Positions 9,327 through 18,533 of a DNA stretch of 64,000 nt are shown piece after piece. The first letter of the stretch is position 1. Each line of letters begins with the position of its first letter. A program made the position numbers and the translations under genes. Source of the DNA: a virus (Duplodnaviria; Caudoviricetes); IMG/VR virus record IMGVR_UViG_3300033233_001970. One strand, written 5' to 3'. The notes below the pieces were generated by a model. The model searched no databases, was not told the DNA's origin, and worked only from the letters and a program-made list of their open reading frames with translations.

Positions 9327-9800
9327 TTAGTTACTGCACGACACGATCGGGTTGTCTCTGTTGATTCCTGCATCGACGCACCCGACGACTCCCGTACACG
9401 TGGACGTGTAGTGCGCCATGATGCACGCACAGTTGTACGAACCTGCGCACTGACATTGGATCGGTGTCGGAACATTTCCGTCCGCTCCGGCCGATGGGGT
9501 CACGTAACAGAAACGTGTGGGCGCGCTGACGACCATGCCGTTGCAGCTCCACGCGCGCGGAGGAATCGGCATGCACATCGAAGAATCGCTGACGTTCGCG
9601 GTGTCGGACGTCACGTCCGTTGTTTGCGCGTCGAGCGCGGTACCGACCTCGCCGCCGTGTGCGTCGGCGGATCCATCGGCCGAGGTCGAACCGTCGCCGC
9701 CGCTTGCCGCGCCATCGCCCGCGCCCGCGTCTGAATCGATGATCGGAGAAGCGTCGCCGCAGGCGGCGAGAGCGGAAAAGAAGAAGGCTCGTATTTTCAT
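9327..9800 (-). CDS. Cys-rich lipoprotein, myxobacterial style
   Basis: signal peptide with lipobox LAAC, D-A-G/S low-complexity linker, C-terminal multi-Cys domain. Confidence 0.7.
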   Translation of the reverse strand: MKIRAFFFSALAACGDASPIIDSDAGAGDGAASGGDGSTSADGSADAHGGEVGTALDAQTTDVTSDTANVSDSSMCMPIPPRAWSCNGMVVSAPTRFCYVTPSAGADGNVPTPIQCQCAGSYNCACIMAHYTSTCTGVVGCVDAGINRDNPIVSCSN

Positions 9801-9893
9801 TTGCGCGCCGCGCGTTCCGAACGACGATCAGGTTTGGGGTTCGTGATCGTCTTGCTCAATACGAAGATTCCTTCTTTCATGTGAATGATCCTT

Positions 9894-10097
9894 TCATCGG
9901 CCTTCCGGCGCAGGTTCCCGCAGGAGCCGCCGTAATTTCGAGGTGAGGTACGGCGCAATCTCCGATTGCGAGCCTCCCATCGGAATCAAAATCGTTCGCC
10001 CGTTCGGCAAACGGTAAATGTGATGGTCGCCGTCTTTGCGGTCGAGCACACCGCCCGCAGGGATGACGTGCTTGCGGACGAATTCTCGAGATTTCAT
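9894..10097 (-). CDS. hicA: HicA-family toxin (no adjacent hicB)
   Basis: 67 aa, MKSREF...RKDGDHHIYRLPNGRTILIP; G-x-H HicA motif and fold pattern. Confidence 0.7.
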   Translation of the reverse strand: MKSREFVRKHVIPAGGVLDRKDGDHHIYRLPNGRTILIPMGGSQSEIAPYLTSKLRRLLREPAPEGR

Positions 10098-10265
10098 TTC
10101 GAAACCTCAATCGGCTTCGCTCGCCACCAATGCCATCCAGGCCCGCCGCTCGGCATGAACGGAACGATTTGCTTCAGTTCCGTTTTGCAGTTCGGACAGT
10201 GGTACTTGCCCTCGTAGAGTCCGGTTCGGCCTTTGGGCGAAGATCCCTAAAATCATCGACGTCGC

Positions 10266-10502
10266 TCATGGGTCGGACTCCTCTATCAATCGATCGATTT
10301 CCGTGTCCGCGCGCCGAAGCTCGGCAATGAGCCGATCTCGCTCTCTTGCGGCTTCGTAGAGCCGCCGATTCTGAGCCTCCACGAGTCGCGTCATGTGTTG
10401 GCCGTGAAGCCAAAGCTGCAAGAGTTGGCGAACATCTTTGTAGGATGCGGTTCCGCGCGCCCGCTTGAGCATGGGTTTGAACGTGCGCAAGAACGGGAAC
10501 AT
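10266..10502 (-). CDS. coiled-coil hypothetical protein
   Basis: 78 aa, coupled. Confidence 0.5.
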   Translation of the reverse strand: MFPFLRTFKPMLKRARGTASYKDVRQLLQLWLHGQHMTRLVEAQNRRLYEAARERDRLIAELRRADTEIDRLIEESDP

Positions 10503-10503
10503 T

Positions 10504-11232
10504 TCAGCTTTTCAATTGTCCGCCGCTACCGCCGCCCATGCGGCTCCCGGTGTGAATGTTGGCGCCGTCCACTTTTCCGCGCGCGAACGCGCCGAAGTCG
10601 CTGGCCCCTCCGAAATGTCCACCGCTGCGCAACTTTTCGTGAAGCTCTTTCAAGCGCTCTTCGGCTTCGCTTTGCCTGCGATCGAAAATCGCGAGTGCGG
10701 CGCTCTGCGGAGCAGCGGCGCGCGCTTCCTCGCGTGCCGTTTTCTTCGCGTGGTACATGGCATCGAGCACGCCTCGTGATGCGCCGTGCTTGTAGGAATT
10801 GATCCACGCTTTTCCTTGACCGGAAAAGCGTTTCGCGAGCCGCTCGATTTCGAGCACGAGCCACGAATACATGTAGCGCGCCGTCGAGACGTCGGACGGC
10901 CGACCGATGACGTGAAGCGACGTGCCCCATCGCCCGCGCTTTCCTGGCGTTCGGTAACACGCGCAGTTGTAGTGCCGAATGAGTTGCACCGCGAGCGACA
11001 ATTGCCATTGCGGCACGCTACCGTCCCACCGCGCGAATGCGTCGCGATCTTCGTCCGGTCTTTCGCCGACCTCACCACTGTCGGCTTGTAGCTGCGCCTC
11101 TTGCAAGCCGTGCTCTTGAATGAGCCTGTCGGCAGCAGCGGCAGCAGCGGCAGCTTCATGTTCCGTCGCGGCGGCATTCGTGGCGAGTCGCCGTAGTTTT
11201 TGAACCTTTGCGATCAATTCGTCGAGTGCCAT
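10504..11232 (-). CDS. DUF2786-domain protein
   Basis: N-terminal KVQKLRRLA...TEHEAAAA...A-RLIQEHGL typical of DUF2786; C-terminal AFARGKVDG. Confidence 0.75.
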   Translation of the reverse strand: MALDELIAKVQKLRRLATNAAATEHEAAAAAAAADRLIQEHGLQEAQLQADSGEVGERPDEDRDAFARWDGSVPQWQLSLAVQLIRHYNCACYRTPGKRGRWGTSLHVIGRPSDVSTARYMYSWLVLEIERLAKRFSGQGKAWINSYKHGASRGVLDAMYHAKKTAREEARAAAPQSAALAIFDRRQSEAEERLKELHEKLRSGGHFGGASDFGAFARGKVDGANIHTGSRMGGGSGGQLKS

Positions 11233-11393
11233 TTTCGTTTCCTTTTCAGTCGGCGTCAGTCGGCGTTACCTTTTTCGCCATTGCCGTTCCCCTTTTTTCG
11301 TACGTCCTAGAAGCCCCGCGCGTAGGTTCGGGGGAACGGACCGCGAGCGCGGCCTACGCGCAGAGCTTCTAGGACGCGCGAAACGCACGTCGG

Positions 11394-11711
11394 TTACGTC
11401 CCGAGAAGTGCGGCGTCGATAGCGTGCATTTCGTTTGTTCCCATGATGTTGTAGACCTCGGGATTTGCGATGAGGCGCCTTCGTACTGCCTGCCACGCGA
11501 CACGCGCTTGTTCCTCCGACTTCACCTCGAACGCGACCTCGCGAACGCGATTCGCAACGTAGTCGGGCAAAGCCGCGAGCACGTTGCAACGAATGCAGTC
11601 GCCAGGAACCGGCGAGCCGTCGTGACGATGATCGCCCGTCGCGTCGTAAGCAATCGTCGCATCGACGATCGCTTGTACGAATATGTCGAGCGCGTATGTA
11701 TTGCGATTCAT
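11394..11711 (-). CDS. hypothetical protein
   Basis: ATG 11711 overlapping upstream stop. Confidence 0.5.
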   Translation of the reverse strand: MNRNTYALDIFVQAIVDATIAYDATGDHRHDGSPVPGDCIRCNVLAALPDYVANRVREVAFEVKSEEQARVAWQAVRRRLIANPEVYNIMGTNEMHAIDAALLGT

Positions 11712-11953
11712 TTTTCGCCCCACGGATCGATATCCGCCATGAGAATGTCGGCGACGCTCTCGCCCGTTTCCTCGCCCCATTGCGAACGCGGTGCGAGCAA
11801 TTCTCCCGCTCCGTTGTAATCGGCTCCGCACTCGCACGTATTCGTGAATCCCGAAAGCGTGACGTGCGCACCGCAGCGTACGCAAACACCGATCGTATGC
11901 TCGGTGATTCGTTGCGTGACGGGATCGCGCTTGCGCGGAGAAATGATTCTCAT
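11708..11953 (-). CDS. Zn-ribbon phage protein
   Basis: CVRCG...TNTCECGADYNGAGELLAPRSQWGEETGE. Confidence 0.6.
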   Translation of the reverse strand: MRIISPRKRDPVTQRITEHTIGVCVRCGAHVTLSGFTNTCECGADYNGAGELLAPRSQWGEETGESVADILMADIDPWGEK

Positions 11954-12489
11954 CACAGCCCCTCTTTCCGAGCGATGGCGTGAGCCTTCCAAAGAAGAGC
12001 CCGGATTTCTCGGTAAACTTTGCGCGTCGCGGGCGCTTTAGTTTCCGATTCTTCATCGAATACGACTTGGCCGATCCCCTCAAGGATCGCGGCGAGCGAT
12101 TCTCCCGCAGCCCGCGTGCGTTTGATTTCTTGCACGTAGTCTAGCGACGTGTCGCTCACGACGCGACCTCGCACGCAACGGGCGCGATCGGATGTGCGCG
12201 ACATTCGCCCATGCCGCGCGGACTTTCAAAGTCGGCGCAGCCGCAGCGCTCGCAATCCGGGCAACATTTGCCATTTTCAGAAGCGGGCGCGGTGACGTCG
12301 AGCCAGCACCCACGGCACGCGCAAAATTTGTGAACGGTTCGCATCGGACGTTCCCCTTTCCGATTCCTCGATTTCTCCAGAACATGGGTCGGCGCGCGAC
12401 GCGAGTCCGCGCGCCGACCGATGCCTTGAGGATTTTAGCAAATCGAAGCGCGCCACGCAGCTAAGCGAGGCGCGCTCCCGATTTTCGTT

Positions 12490-13053
12490 TCAGTTCGTCG
12501 GCGTCGTCGCCGTGCTCGGCGCGTCGATCGGCTGAATCTCCGAAACGCGAACCTTGAACCGATCGCCGCCGCCCGTTTTCACGAGCATCCACGGACGATC
12601 GACAATGACGATCGTGAGGTCGCCGAGGTCGCTCTCGGCGAGCATCACACGCTTCGCGATGACGGCGAGATCCTTCGCGCACACTCGCACGAGCGTTCCG
12701 ACTTCGTAATTGACGACGCTCGCCGACGCGGGCGCCGAATCACGAAGCACGTCCGCCACGCCTACGAGGAGCGCGAGGGCCGACTTGCATTGATCGACGG
12801 CCGACGCGAGAATCGCCGCCGTATCCTTGTCTTTCGATTCCTTCGCCCACGCTTCGGCGGTTTCGATCGACGCCTTGATCCCGTCGATCCCGTCGGTGAT
12901 GGCGTTCGCGGTGCGCTCCGCGAGGCTCTTTTTCGTGTAGGTACGTTTCGGCTTGGCGGGCGCGGTGGCGGGCGTCGTCGCCGTGTCCGCCGTGTCCGGC
13001 GCGGTGGCGCCGTTCGTTGCAGCGCCGTTCGTTGTCGTCTCTTGCGGTTGCAT
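12490..13053 (-). CDS. hypothetical protein, first gene after a sigma70-type promoter
   Basis: 187 aa; same RBS AAGGGGAACGAACC-ATG as the gene starting at 6407. Confidence 0.7.
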   Translation of the reverse strand: MQPQETTTNGAATNGATAPDTADTATTPATAPAKPKRTYTKKSLAERTANAITDGIDGIKASIETAEAWAKESKDKDTAAILASAVDQCKSALALLVGVADVLRDSAPASASVVNYEVGTLVRVCAKDLAVIAKRVMLAESDLGDLTIVIVDRPWMLVKTGGGDRFKVRVSEIQPIDAPSTATTPTN

Positions 13054-13098
13054 GGTTCGTTCCCCTTGTGATGATGATGGTTTCCTCGGTCACCGTGT

Positions 13099-13127
13099 AC
13101 CATAAGCAGTACACGCAAACGTGTCAA
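13099..13127 (-). promoter_or_regulatory. sigma70-type promoter TTGACA-N17-TATGGT
   Basis: perfect -35 with 17-bp spacing to TAnnnT. Confidence 0.75.
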
Positions 13128-13693
13128 TACCCACTAGCCGCGAGCCTCGAATCGATAAAAGAGTACACGTATCCCGTTTCGCACGAGGCGAGCGCGGCCA
13201 AGGCGAGAGAGCTACGCGGGGCCGCAGAGCGCGGGCCAGCGACGGAGCGCGCCGCGAGCAAACGGCGTAGCTCTCCCGTCTCGGACGCGCGAGCTACAGG
13301 GCGTAGCTCTCCCGGTCCGTCATGGTTTGCGGATCTTCGCTCGCAGGGCGCACGTTTCCTGTTCGAGCTCGACGAGCTACGCGCGCACCGACTCGCCGGA
13401 AATCCGTACAATGGGCGGATCCGTGGGTCGGATCGCGGCACAAGCTCGCGAGCGCGCAGGGCGCGCGCGGAGGTCGCGACGGATCGCAAGTTTAGATTTT
13501 TAGCAGACGTCGAGCGGGCGGCGCTCGCGCACGGGTCGCGGGTCGCATGATCGAATTTCCTTGATAGTTGACGATTTCACACGGCCGCACGTTTCGACGT
13601 GCGCCGCGCTCGCGCGGCGAGCCCGAAGACTCACCGCGCGAGCGCGGCACGCGCCAAGCGAGCCCGTAGGCCCGCCCGAGCGCGTGCGCGCTG

Positions 13694-15352
13694 CTACTTC
13701 GCTTCGGGCGCCTCGTAACGCGGCACGCGACCGCTCGCGAGCCACGATCCGATCGCGCTCTCCGCGTCGCGCCTTGTGAGCGCGTCCTCGCCCTGAATGT
13801 GCCGCGTCCACGCTTGCGCGAGGTCGGCGCGCACGACGCGGTTAGCGTCGCGACGCTCCGAGAAATACGCCGCCGTGAGCGCTTGCGCACGCTCCTCTTT
13901 GCGTCCGCGCAGCACGCCAACTAGCGGCTTGTCACGTTTCAGCATATCGAGCCAGAATCCAGGGATCGCGACGTCGATCGGCACGCCGATCGGGATCGCG
14001 ATTTCAGCTTGACGCGCCGTCCCCCATGCTTCGCAAAGCGCGTCAATCGCGAGCCTCGCGTGCTTTACGAGCACGTCCAGTCCGCGTGTCATATCGCCGC
14101 GATGAATCCGCGAAAGCTCCCTTGCGACGGCTTCATACGTGCTCGCGTTCAGGCAGCGGAGCAGCGTTACGCCGCCCCCGCCCCGTAGCCTGCTCGTCCC
14201 GTTGTCGCGCGAGCGAAACGAGGCGTACCCCGTGAACGGCTCGCCGACTGCCTGCTCTGCGACGGGCGTAGACGTCCACACGTGGGCGCGAAGCTCCCAT
14301 GCGGTAGTGACGGGATCGTAGGTGTACGTCCCGCGCGCGTCGCTCGGAAGCTCGGCGACGACCGACCCGAGCACGGTAGGCGCGTCGGCCTCACCGTAGC
14401 TCGGAGCTACCACGGCGTAGACGTCGCGAAGCGCGGAGCGCATGCGAAGCCGTAGCGTGGTCTCCGGTGAGCGCTCGCACTCGAACGCGAGCACCTCGGC
14501 GATCTGACGGAGATCGGCTTGACGTTCGGCGGTGTTCGCGGCGCGACGCGCCTGAACGATCGCCGTATCGACCGCTTCGCCCTTCTCGCGCGCGGCCTTG
14601 TCGTGCGCTTCCGCGCCCTTCTCGGTGCTCACGCTCTCCGCAATGCGGTCGCGAAGACCGAGCGCGTACCCGACGCCAGGGGCGCCGAGACGAGAGAAGA
14701 TCCCGCGAATCGCTTGCTCGCCGAGTTTGTGACCACGGATCGCGATCGATCCGTTGACCGTGAGATCGCGCACGAGATCGCGCGCCGTCATGGTGACGTC
14801 GGTTCGCCCTTCCGACTCGACCGCCGCGCGGAGCGCGTCGGCGGCGTGACGGACGAACATGAGGGCATTGTGCTCCGCCTTGCGGGCGTCTTGGTTCGCG
14901 TAGCCTTCCGACGCCATGCGGGTTCCCGTGGCGTAAAATTGCTCGCTCGCGTTCACGTCCACGCCAGCGGCGCGGAGCGCGTCTTGCTGCGCGTTGATCC
15001 GCTTCGCCGCGTCCGCGTCGTGAACGGTGTTCGTCCAGGTCGAGACGGGCGAGACGGGGCGGGCGCTGCTCTGTTCAGTGGTCGGCGCGGGCGCGACGTC
15101 CACGCTCGCCACCTTCGCCACGATCGGCGTAGGCGCGTCGGCGGGCGGGATGGCGTCCGAGGTCGGCGCGGGCGCGCCGTTCGGCGTGGGGGGCTTCCCC
15201 GCGTCCAGAATCACACGCTCGCGACCATCGGCGAAGCGCTCGCGGATCGTGAGCGGGCCACGCGCGGTCAAGCGCTCGGCCACATCCGGGTCAAGCATGA
15301 GGGATCCGTGTTCGATCGTCTCGTGCCCGTTGCTGAAAATGTACGTATTCAT
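13694..15352 (-). CDS. DUF932-like domain protein
   Basis: ATG 15352; C-terminal RSRDNGTSRLRGGGGVTLLRCLNAS...RIH resembles the DUF932 motif. Confidence 0.6.
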   Translation of the reverse strand: MNTYIFSNGHETIEHGSLMLDPDVAERLTARGPLTIRERFADGRERVILDAGKPPTPNGAPAPTSDAIPPADAPTPIVAKVASVDVAPAPTTEQSSARPVSPVSTWTNTVHDADAAKRINAQQDALRAAGVDVNASEQFYATGTRMASEGYANQDARKAEHNALMFVRHAADALRAAVESEGRTDVTMTARDLVRDLTVNGSIAIRGHKLGEQAIRGIFSRLGAPGVGYALGLRDRIAESVSTEKGAEAHDKAAREKGEAVDTAIVQARRAANTAERQADLRQIAEVLAFECERSPETTLRLRMRSALRDVYAVVAPSYGEADAPTVLGSVVAELPSDARGTYTYDPVTTAWELRAHVWTSTPVAEQAVGEPFTGYASFRSRDNGTSRLRGGGGVTLLRCLNASTYEAVARELSRIHRGDMTRGLDVLVKHARLAIDALCEAWGTARQAEIAIPIGVPIDVAIPGFWLDMLKRDKPLVGVLRGRKEERAQALTAAYFSERRDANRVVRADLAQAWTRHIQGEDALTRRDAESAIGSWLASGRVPRYEAPEAK

Positions 15353-16323
15353 GGGTTTTCGCTGGCCTTCCCCCACGCGCAAAGGTCGCGCGCGGGCGCA
15401 TCCAGGCGATCCGTGGATCGTCCAGTAGCGTCCGCGCGGGAAGCCGCGCGCGGGGCGTGCGCCGAGTCGTTTCGCAAGGTACACCCTTTCCGGCCCACGC
15501 ACACCGAGGGCCTACTATCAATGTAACCACGGAAATCGGCTTGTCTTGCGTTGCAATACGTGTGCCGATAGTGGGTCACGGCTAAGTGTGCAGAATGTTT
15601 CGCACCGTTTCGCGTGGATGCGAACCGTACTTCGCAGTTTTTCGAGCTTCGCGTAGTACGCTTCGCGGTTCGAGCTTCGATTTCGAGGCTCATTCGTCGA
15701 AAAATTGAGTGATTTCGTCGATTTTCTGAAGTCATTCGTCGAAATCGATGATTTCTATACGATTTCGAGGATACGATCGTCGATTTGTGCGCGTTTCCAG
15801 CGCGCTCCGCGTCTCGCATCGTTTCCTCGATAATTCCGAGATGATCCGCGATTCGACGCTGAGCCGTGAACTTTCGACGGATCTGGGCCGAAAATCGACA
15901 TTCGTACGCTTTTCGTGTTCCTGTATCGGGACACGTCGAGGCTATTCGCGACCTCGGCGAGCCTTTCGCGCCGAGTCGGATCCGCGACTTTGCCTCGAAT
16001 ACCGCAGGAAGCTGGGGGTACGCCGCGAGTACCTAGTACGTTACCAGGGGCGCTAACCGGGGCGATTTCGAGGTTTTGATCCGAGGTGATTTGAGTGATT
16101 TTGACCTCGATCGAAGCCAAATCGAAGCTCGAGATTGGGCCTGAACGATCGAAATTGCTTCGTTTTCGGCGAATCGCGAGCGTCGGCAGACGGATCCGGG
16201 CAAATCGCGGCCTTCGTCCCGTCGCCGGAGCTTCGAGGTTCGAAACGCGAAAATGATATTTTCGACGATATCTGCGGTGTAACCAGCAGTTACGTCGAAA
16301 ATCGTGTCCTGTATCGGTACACG

Positions 16324-16692
16324 CTACGTGCGCAAAACGAAGACCTGGAGCTCCGCCGCGCGCGCTTTTGCAAGAACGTCGCGCGTACCTGGGCTCGATC
16401 CGTCCCAAATCGCGATAAGCGCATGCGCGCGCGCCACCATCGAGGAATTGCGGTGCATTCCGGCTCCCTTACCGTATCGCCAGAGCGCAGGAAAGCGCTC
16501 GATGGGGATGTTTCGAGCTTCCGCCCACCTTTCGCCGAGGTAATCGGCGCCAAAATAGGTACGCGTCACCGGATCGTACGACTTCTGCGCACCAGAAATC
16601 ACGGTTGAGGGTGCAAAACCGGATTCTTCGACGGCGCGCGCGACGAGCGCAGGGTCTCGAATCGAGCTAGAACCGGCAATGATGACACGCAT
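16324..16692 (-). CDS. SLOG-superfamily (DUF2493/YspA-like) protein
   Basis: MRVIIAGS...VISGA...GADYLGERWA...AGMHRN...AIWDGSSPGT. Confidence 0.85.
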   Translation of the reverse strand: MRVIIAGSSSIRDPALVARAVEESGFAPSTVISGAQKSYDPVTRTYFGADYLGERWAEARNIPIERFPALWRYGKGAGMHRNSSMVARAHALIAIWDGSSPGTRDVLAKARAAELQVFVLRT

Positions 16693-16938
16693 TTATGTGC
16701 TTTTCTTCTTCAAATCACGTCGCCAAACGCTGCATGGCCCGCACGGGCAGCACTTGCGTACGAAGTCGAGCGCGCGGTCGGAAGTGTAGATTCCGAGCAA
16801 ATGATCAGCTTCGATTCGGGATAGTACGTTGCATTTTCGAATCTTTTCACGTCGATAACCGCGACGAGCGTTGACGAGCGTGGGATCGTCGGGGCCCCGA
16901 GGCGTTCCGTCGGCGCGGAGGCGATAGATGATTTTCAC
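16693..16938 (-). CDS. small basic hypothetical protein
   Basis: 81 aa directly after the promoter at 16947-16975. Confidence 0.5.
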   Translation of the reverse strand: MKIIYRLRADGTPRGPDDPTLVNARRGYRREKIRKCNVLSRIEADHLLGIYTSDRALDFVRKCCPCGPCSVWRRDLKKKST

Positions 16939-16946
16939 AAGTGATC

Positions 16947-16975
16947 AATCTAACTCGTTATTTTCAAACAGTCAA
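16947..16975 (-). promoter_or_regulatory. sigma70-type promoter TTGACT-N17-TAGATT
   Basis: -35/-10 spacing of 17 bp; -10 lies 8 nt before the GTG start. Confidence 0.55.
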
Positions 16976-17164
16976 AACACAAAAACGCATCCACATCTGC
17001 GAGAGTGTTTCATATTTCGTCGTTTTTTCACGCTGCGCACTCATTTCGACGTTCCGTCGATTTCCTGAAATGCCCCAGGATCGACGATCGCCCGAAGAAG
17101 GCTCCGAGGGGTGAATGGGCGGCGAAAGCGCGGCAGAATCCATTTTAGGAGCTGCGCGGCCCGT

Positions 17165-18130
17165 CTACACCTTCCGGCTTACGAGATCCGCGATCTCACC
17201 AGCGAAATCCTGGCGCGCGTCGTCGTAAATTGACAGTGTGCGCCCATCAGCATGGCGGCTGAACTTCTGCACTTTCCTTGTGTTACCGTTCGTCTCGTCG
17301 AGTGCTGTCGTGATCGCGGTATGGCGCAAACCGTGAGGCCGAACCTTTCCGACATCCGCTTTTTTGCCGAGATTTTTAATGATCGCATACACAGCGGAGC
17401 CGGTAAGCGCGTGGCCGTAGCTGTTGCGGTCGAGAGCGATGAACAACGGCCCAGGTTCATTTCCGCGAACGACGAGCCATGCACGTAACGCGTCCTTGGT
17501 TTTCTCAGGAAGCGTAACCCTTTCACGAGCATGTCGCCCTTTCCCGAACACCCATACGATACCTTCTTCGAGGTCTAAATGCTCGAGGTGAAGTGACACG
17601 ACCTCACCGCGACGAAATGCAACATCATGAAGTAGCCGAACGAGCGCCGCATCGCGAACGCCTTTCGAGTCGGTACGTTCCTTCAATGCGTTGATCATTT
17701 TCTTGATTTTATCTTCGCCTGGGCCTCGCGTATCGCGGTACGGCTGCACATCGAGCCCTTCGATTTCGATGTTCCAGTTCACCATGCCGAGCATTCTTGC
17801 GAGTTTCACGATGGATCGAATCGCGGCAAGGCGACGGTTTATTGTTGTAGCTTGCAATGGTTTTTCAGTGGCTTGCGATGTTTTTTCGAGCATGTGCGCG
17901 CGATACCGGAGAACAAGCTCGTTCGCGGCGCCCGCTTCGCGCCGAAGAAGCTCGTCGACGGCGTCGCCGACGGCTGCAAGCTCGAGGAATGCTCGGAAGT
18001 CTTCAAGATCGCGACTGTACGCGCGCAATGTGTTCGGGCTGCGGCCGTTCAGAAACGCAGCAATCAAGCGCTGCGCCACGGAGCCCTCATTGACGAGCTC
18101 TGTGTGAGTGGAAAGCACGAGATCGCTCAT
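17165..18130 (-). CDS. tyrosine recombinase/integrase (XerC/D-like)
   Basis: SAM-like N-terminus (SPNTLRAYSRDL, ATTINRRLAAIRS); catalytic R (AFRRGE), K (GKG), HxxR (HGLRH), H (SRH), Y (SIYDD). Confidence 0.92.
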   Translation of the reverse strand: MSDLVLSTHTELVNEGSVAQRLIAAFLNGRSPNTLRAYSRDLEDFRAFLELAAVGDAVDELLRREAGAANELVLRYRAHMLEKTSQATEKPLQATTINRRLAAIRSIVKLARMLGMVNWNIEIEGLDVQPYRDTRGPGEDKIKKMINALKERTDSKGVRDAALVRLLHDVAFRRGEVVSLHLEHLDLEEGIVWVFGKGRHARERVTLPEKTKDALRAWLVVRGNEPGPLFIALDRNSYGHALTGSAVYAIIKNLGKKADVGKVRPHGLRHTAITTALDETNGNTRKVQKFSRHADGRTLSIYDDARQDFAGEIADLVSRKV

Positions 18131-18204
18131 CGGAAAAGTGTTTGCGATAATGCATATTTTCGCAAGCTAGAACCGATGGCACGGAAAAAGATTTCGAGAA
18201 AAGG

Positions 18205-18233
18205 TTGACACGGTACGGTACACGGTTTACGGT
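18205..18233 (+). promoter_or_regulatory. promoter TTGACA-N17-TACGGT overlapped by four ACGGT direct repeats (candidate operator)
   Basis: ACGGT at 18210, 18215, 18222, 18229; -10 ends 7 nt before ATG 18241. Confidence 0.7.
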
Positions 18234-18240
18234 TTTCAGC

Positions 18241-18462
18241 ATGGCTAGAGGAACCGTGGCACCCGAGGACGTGAGGAAGTACGTCGCGGGTGTCGCCGCA
18301 AAAACGATGAACGGCACCGAGGACGCGAGCGCGAAGCTCGAGCTCTCACGAGAGACGATCGCGCGCATCATCGCTGGGCTACCAGTTCAAAAGGGGACGA
18401 TTGCCCAGGTTGAGAAGAAAATGGCTGAGGATGGTCGAGGAGCGAGAAGGGTCGGAACGTGA
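18241..18462 (+). CDS. small HTH-type regulator (probably leaderless)
   Basis: TEDASAKLELSRETIARIIAGLPV helix-turn-helix pattern; divergent from the recombinase. Confidence 0.6.
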   Translation: MARGTVAPEDVRKYVAGVAAKTMNGTEDASAKLELSRETIARIIAGLPVQKGTIAQVEKKMAEDGRGARRVGT

Positions 18463-18533
18463 TGGCCTCGCGCGAACTGATCGTTCATCGATTTTCGCAG
18501 AGAGTTACCTAAGTTTCAAAAGGGGAAACCGTT

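Noticed and set aside
13130-13500. Duplicated GGCGTAGCTCTCCC (13264, 13300) as an ncRNA or iteron array
   Set aside because: Only two copies and no clear periodicity or structure; insufficient to call.
14519-15526. Long plus-strand ORFs antisense to real genes (also 670-1398, 24574-25707, 34632-35798, 58011-59237)
   Set aside because: Antisense shadows typical of high-GC coding DNA; the opposite strand carries recognisable motifs and coupled starts.
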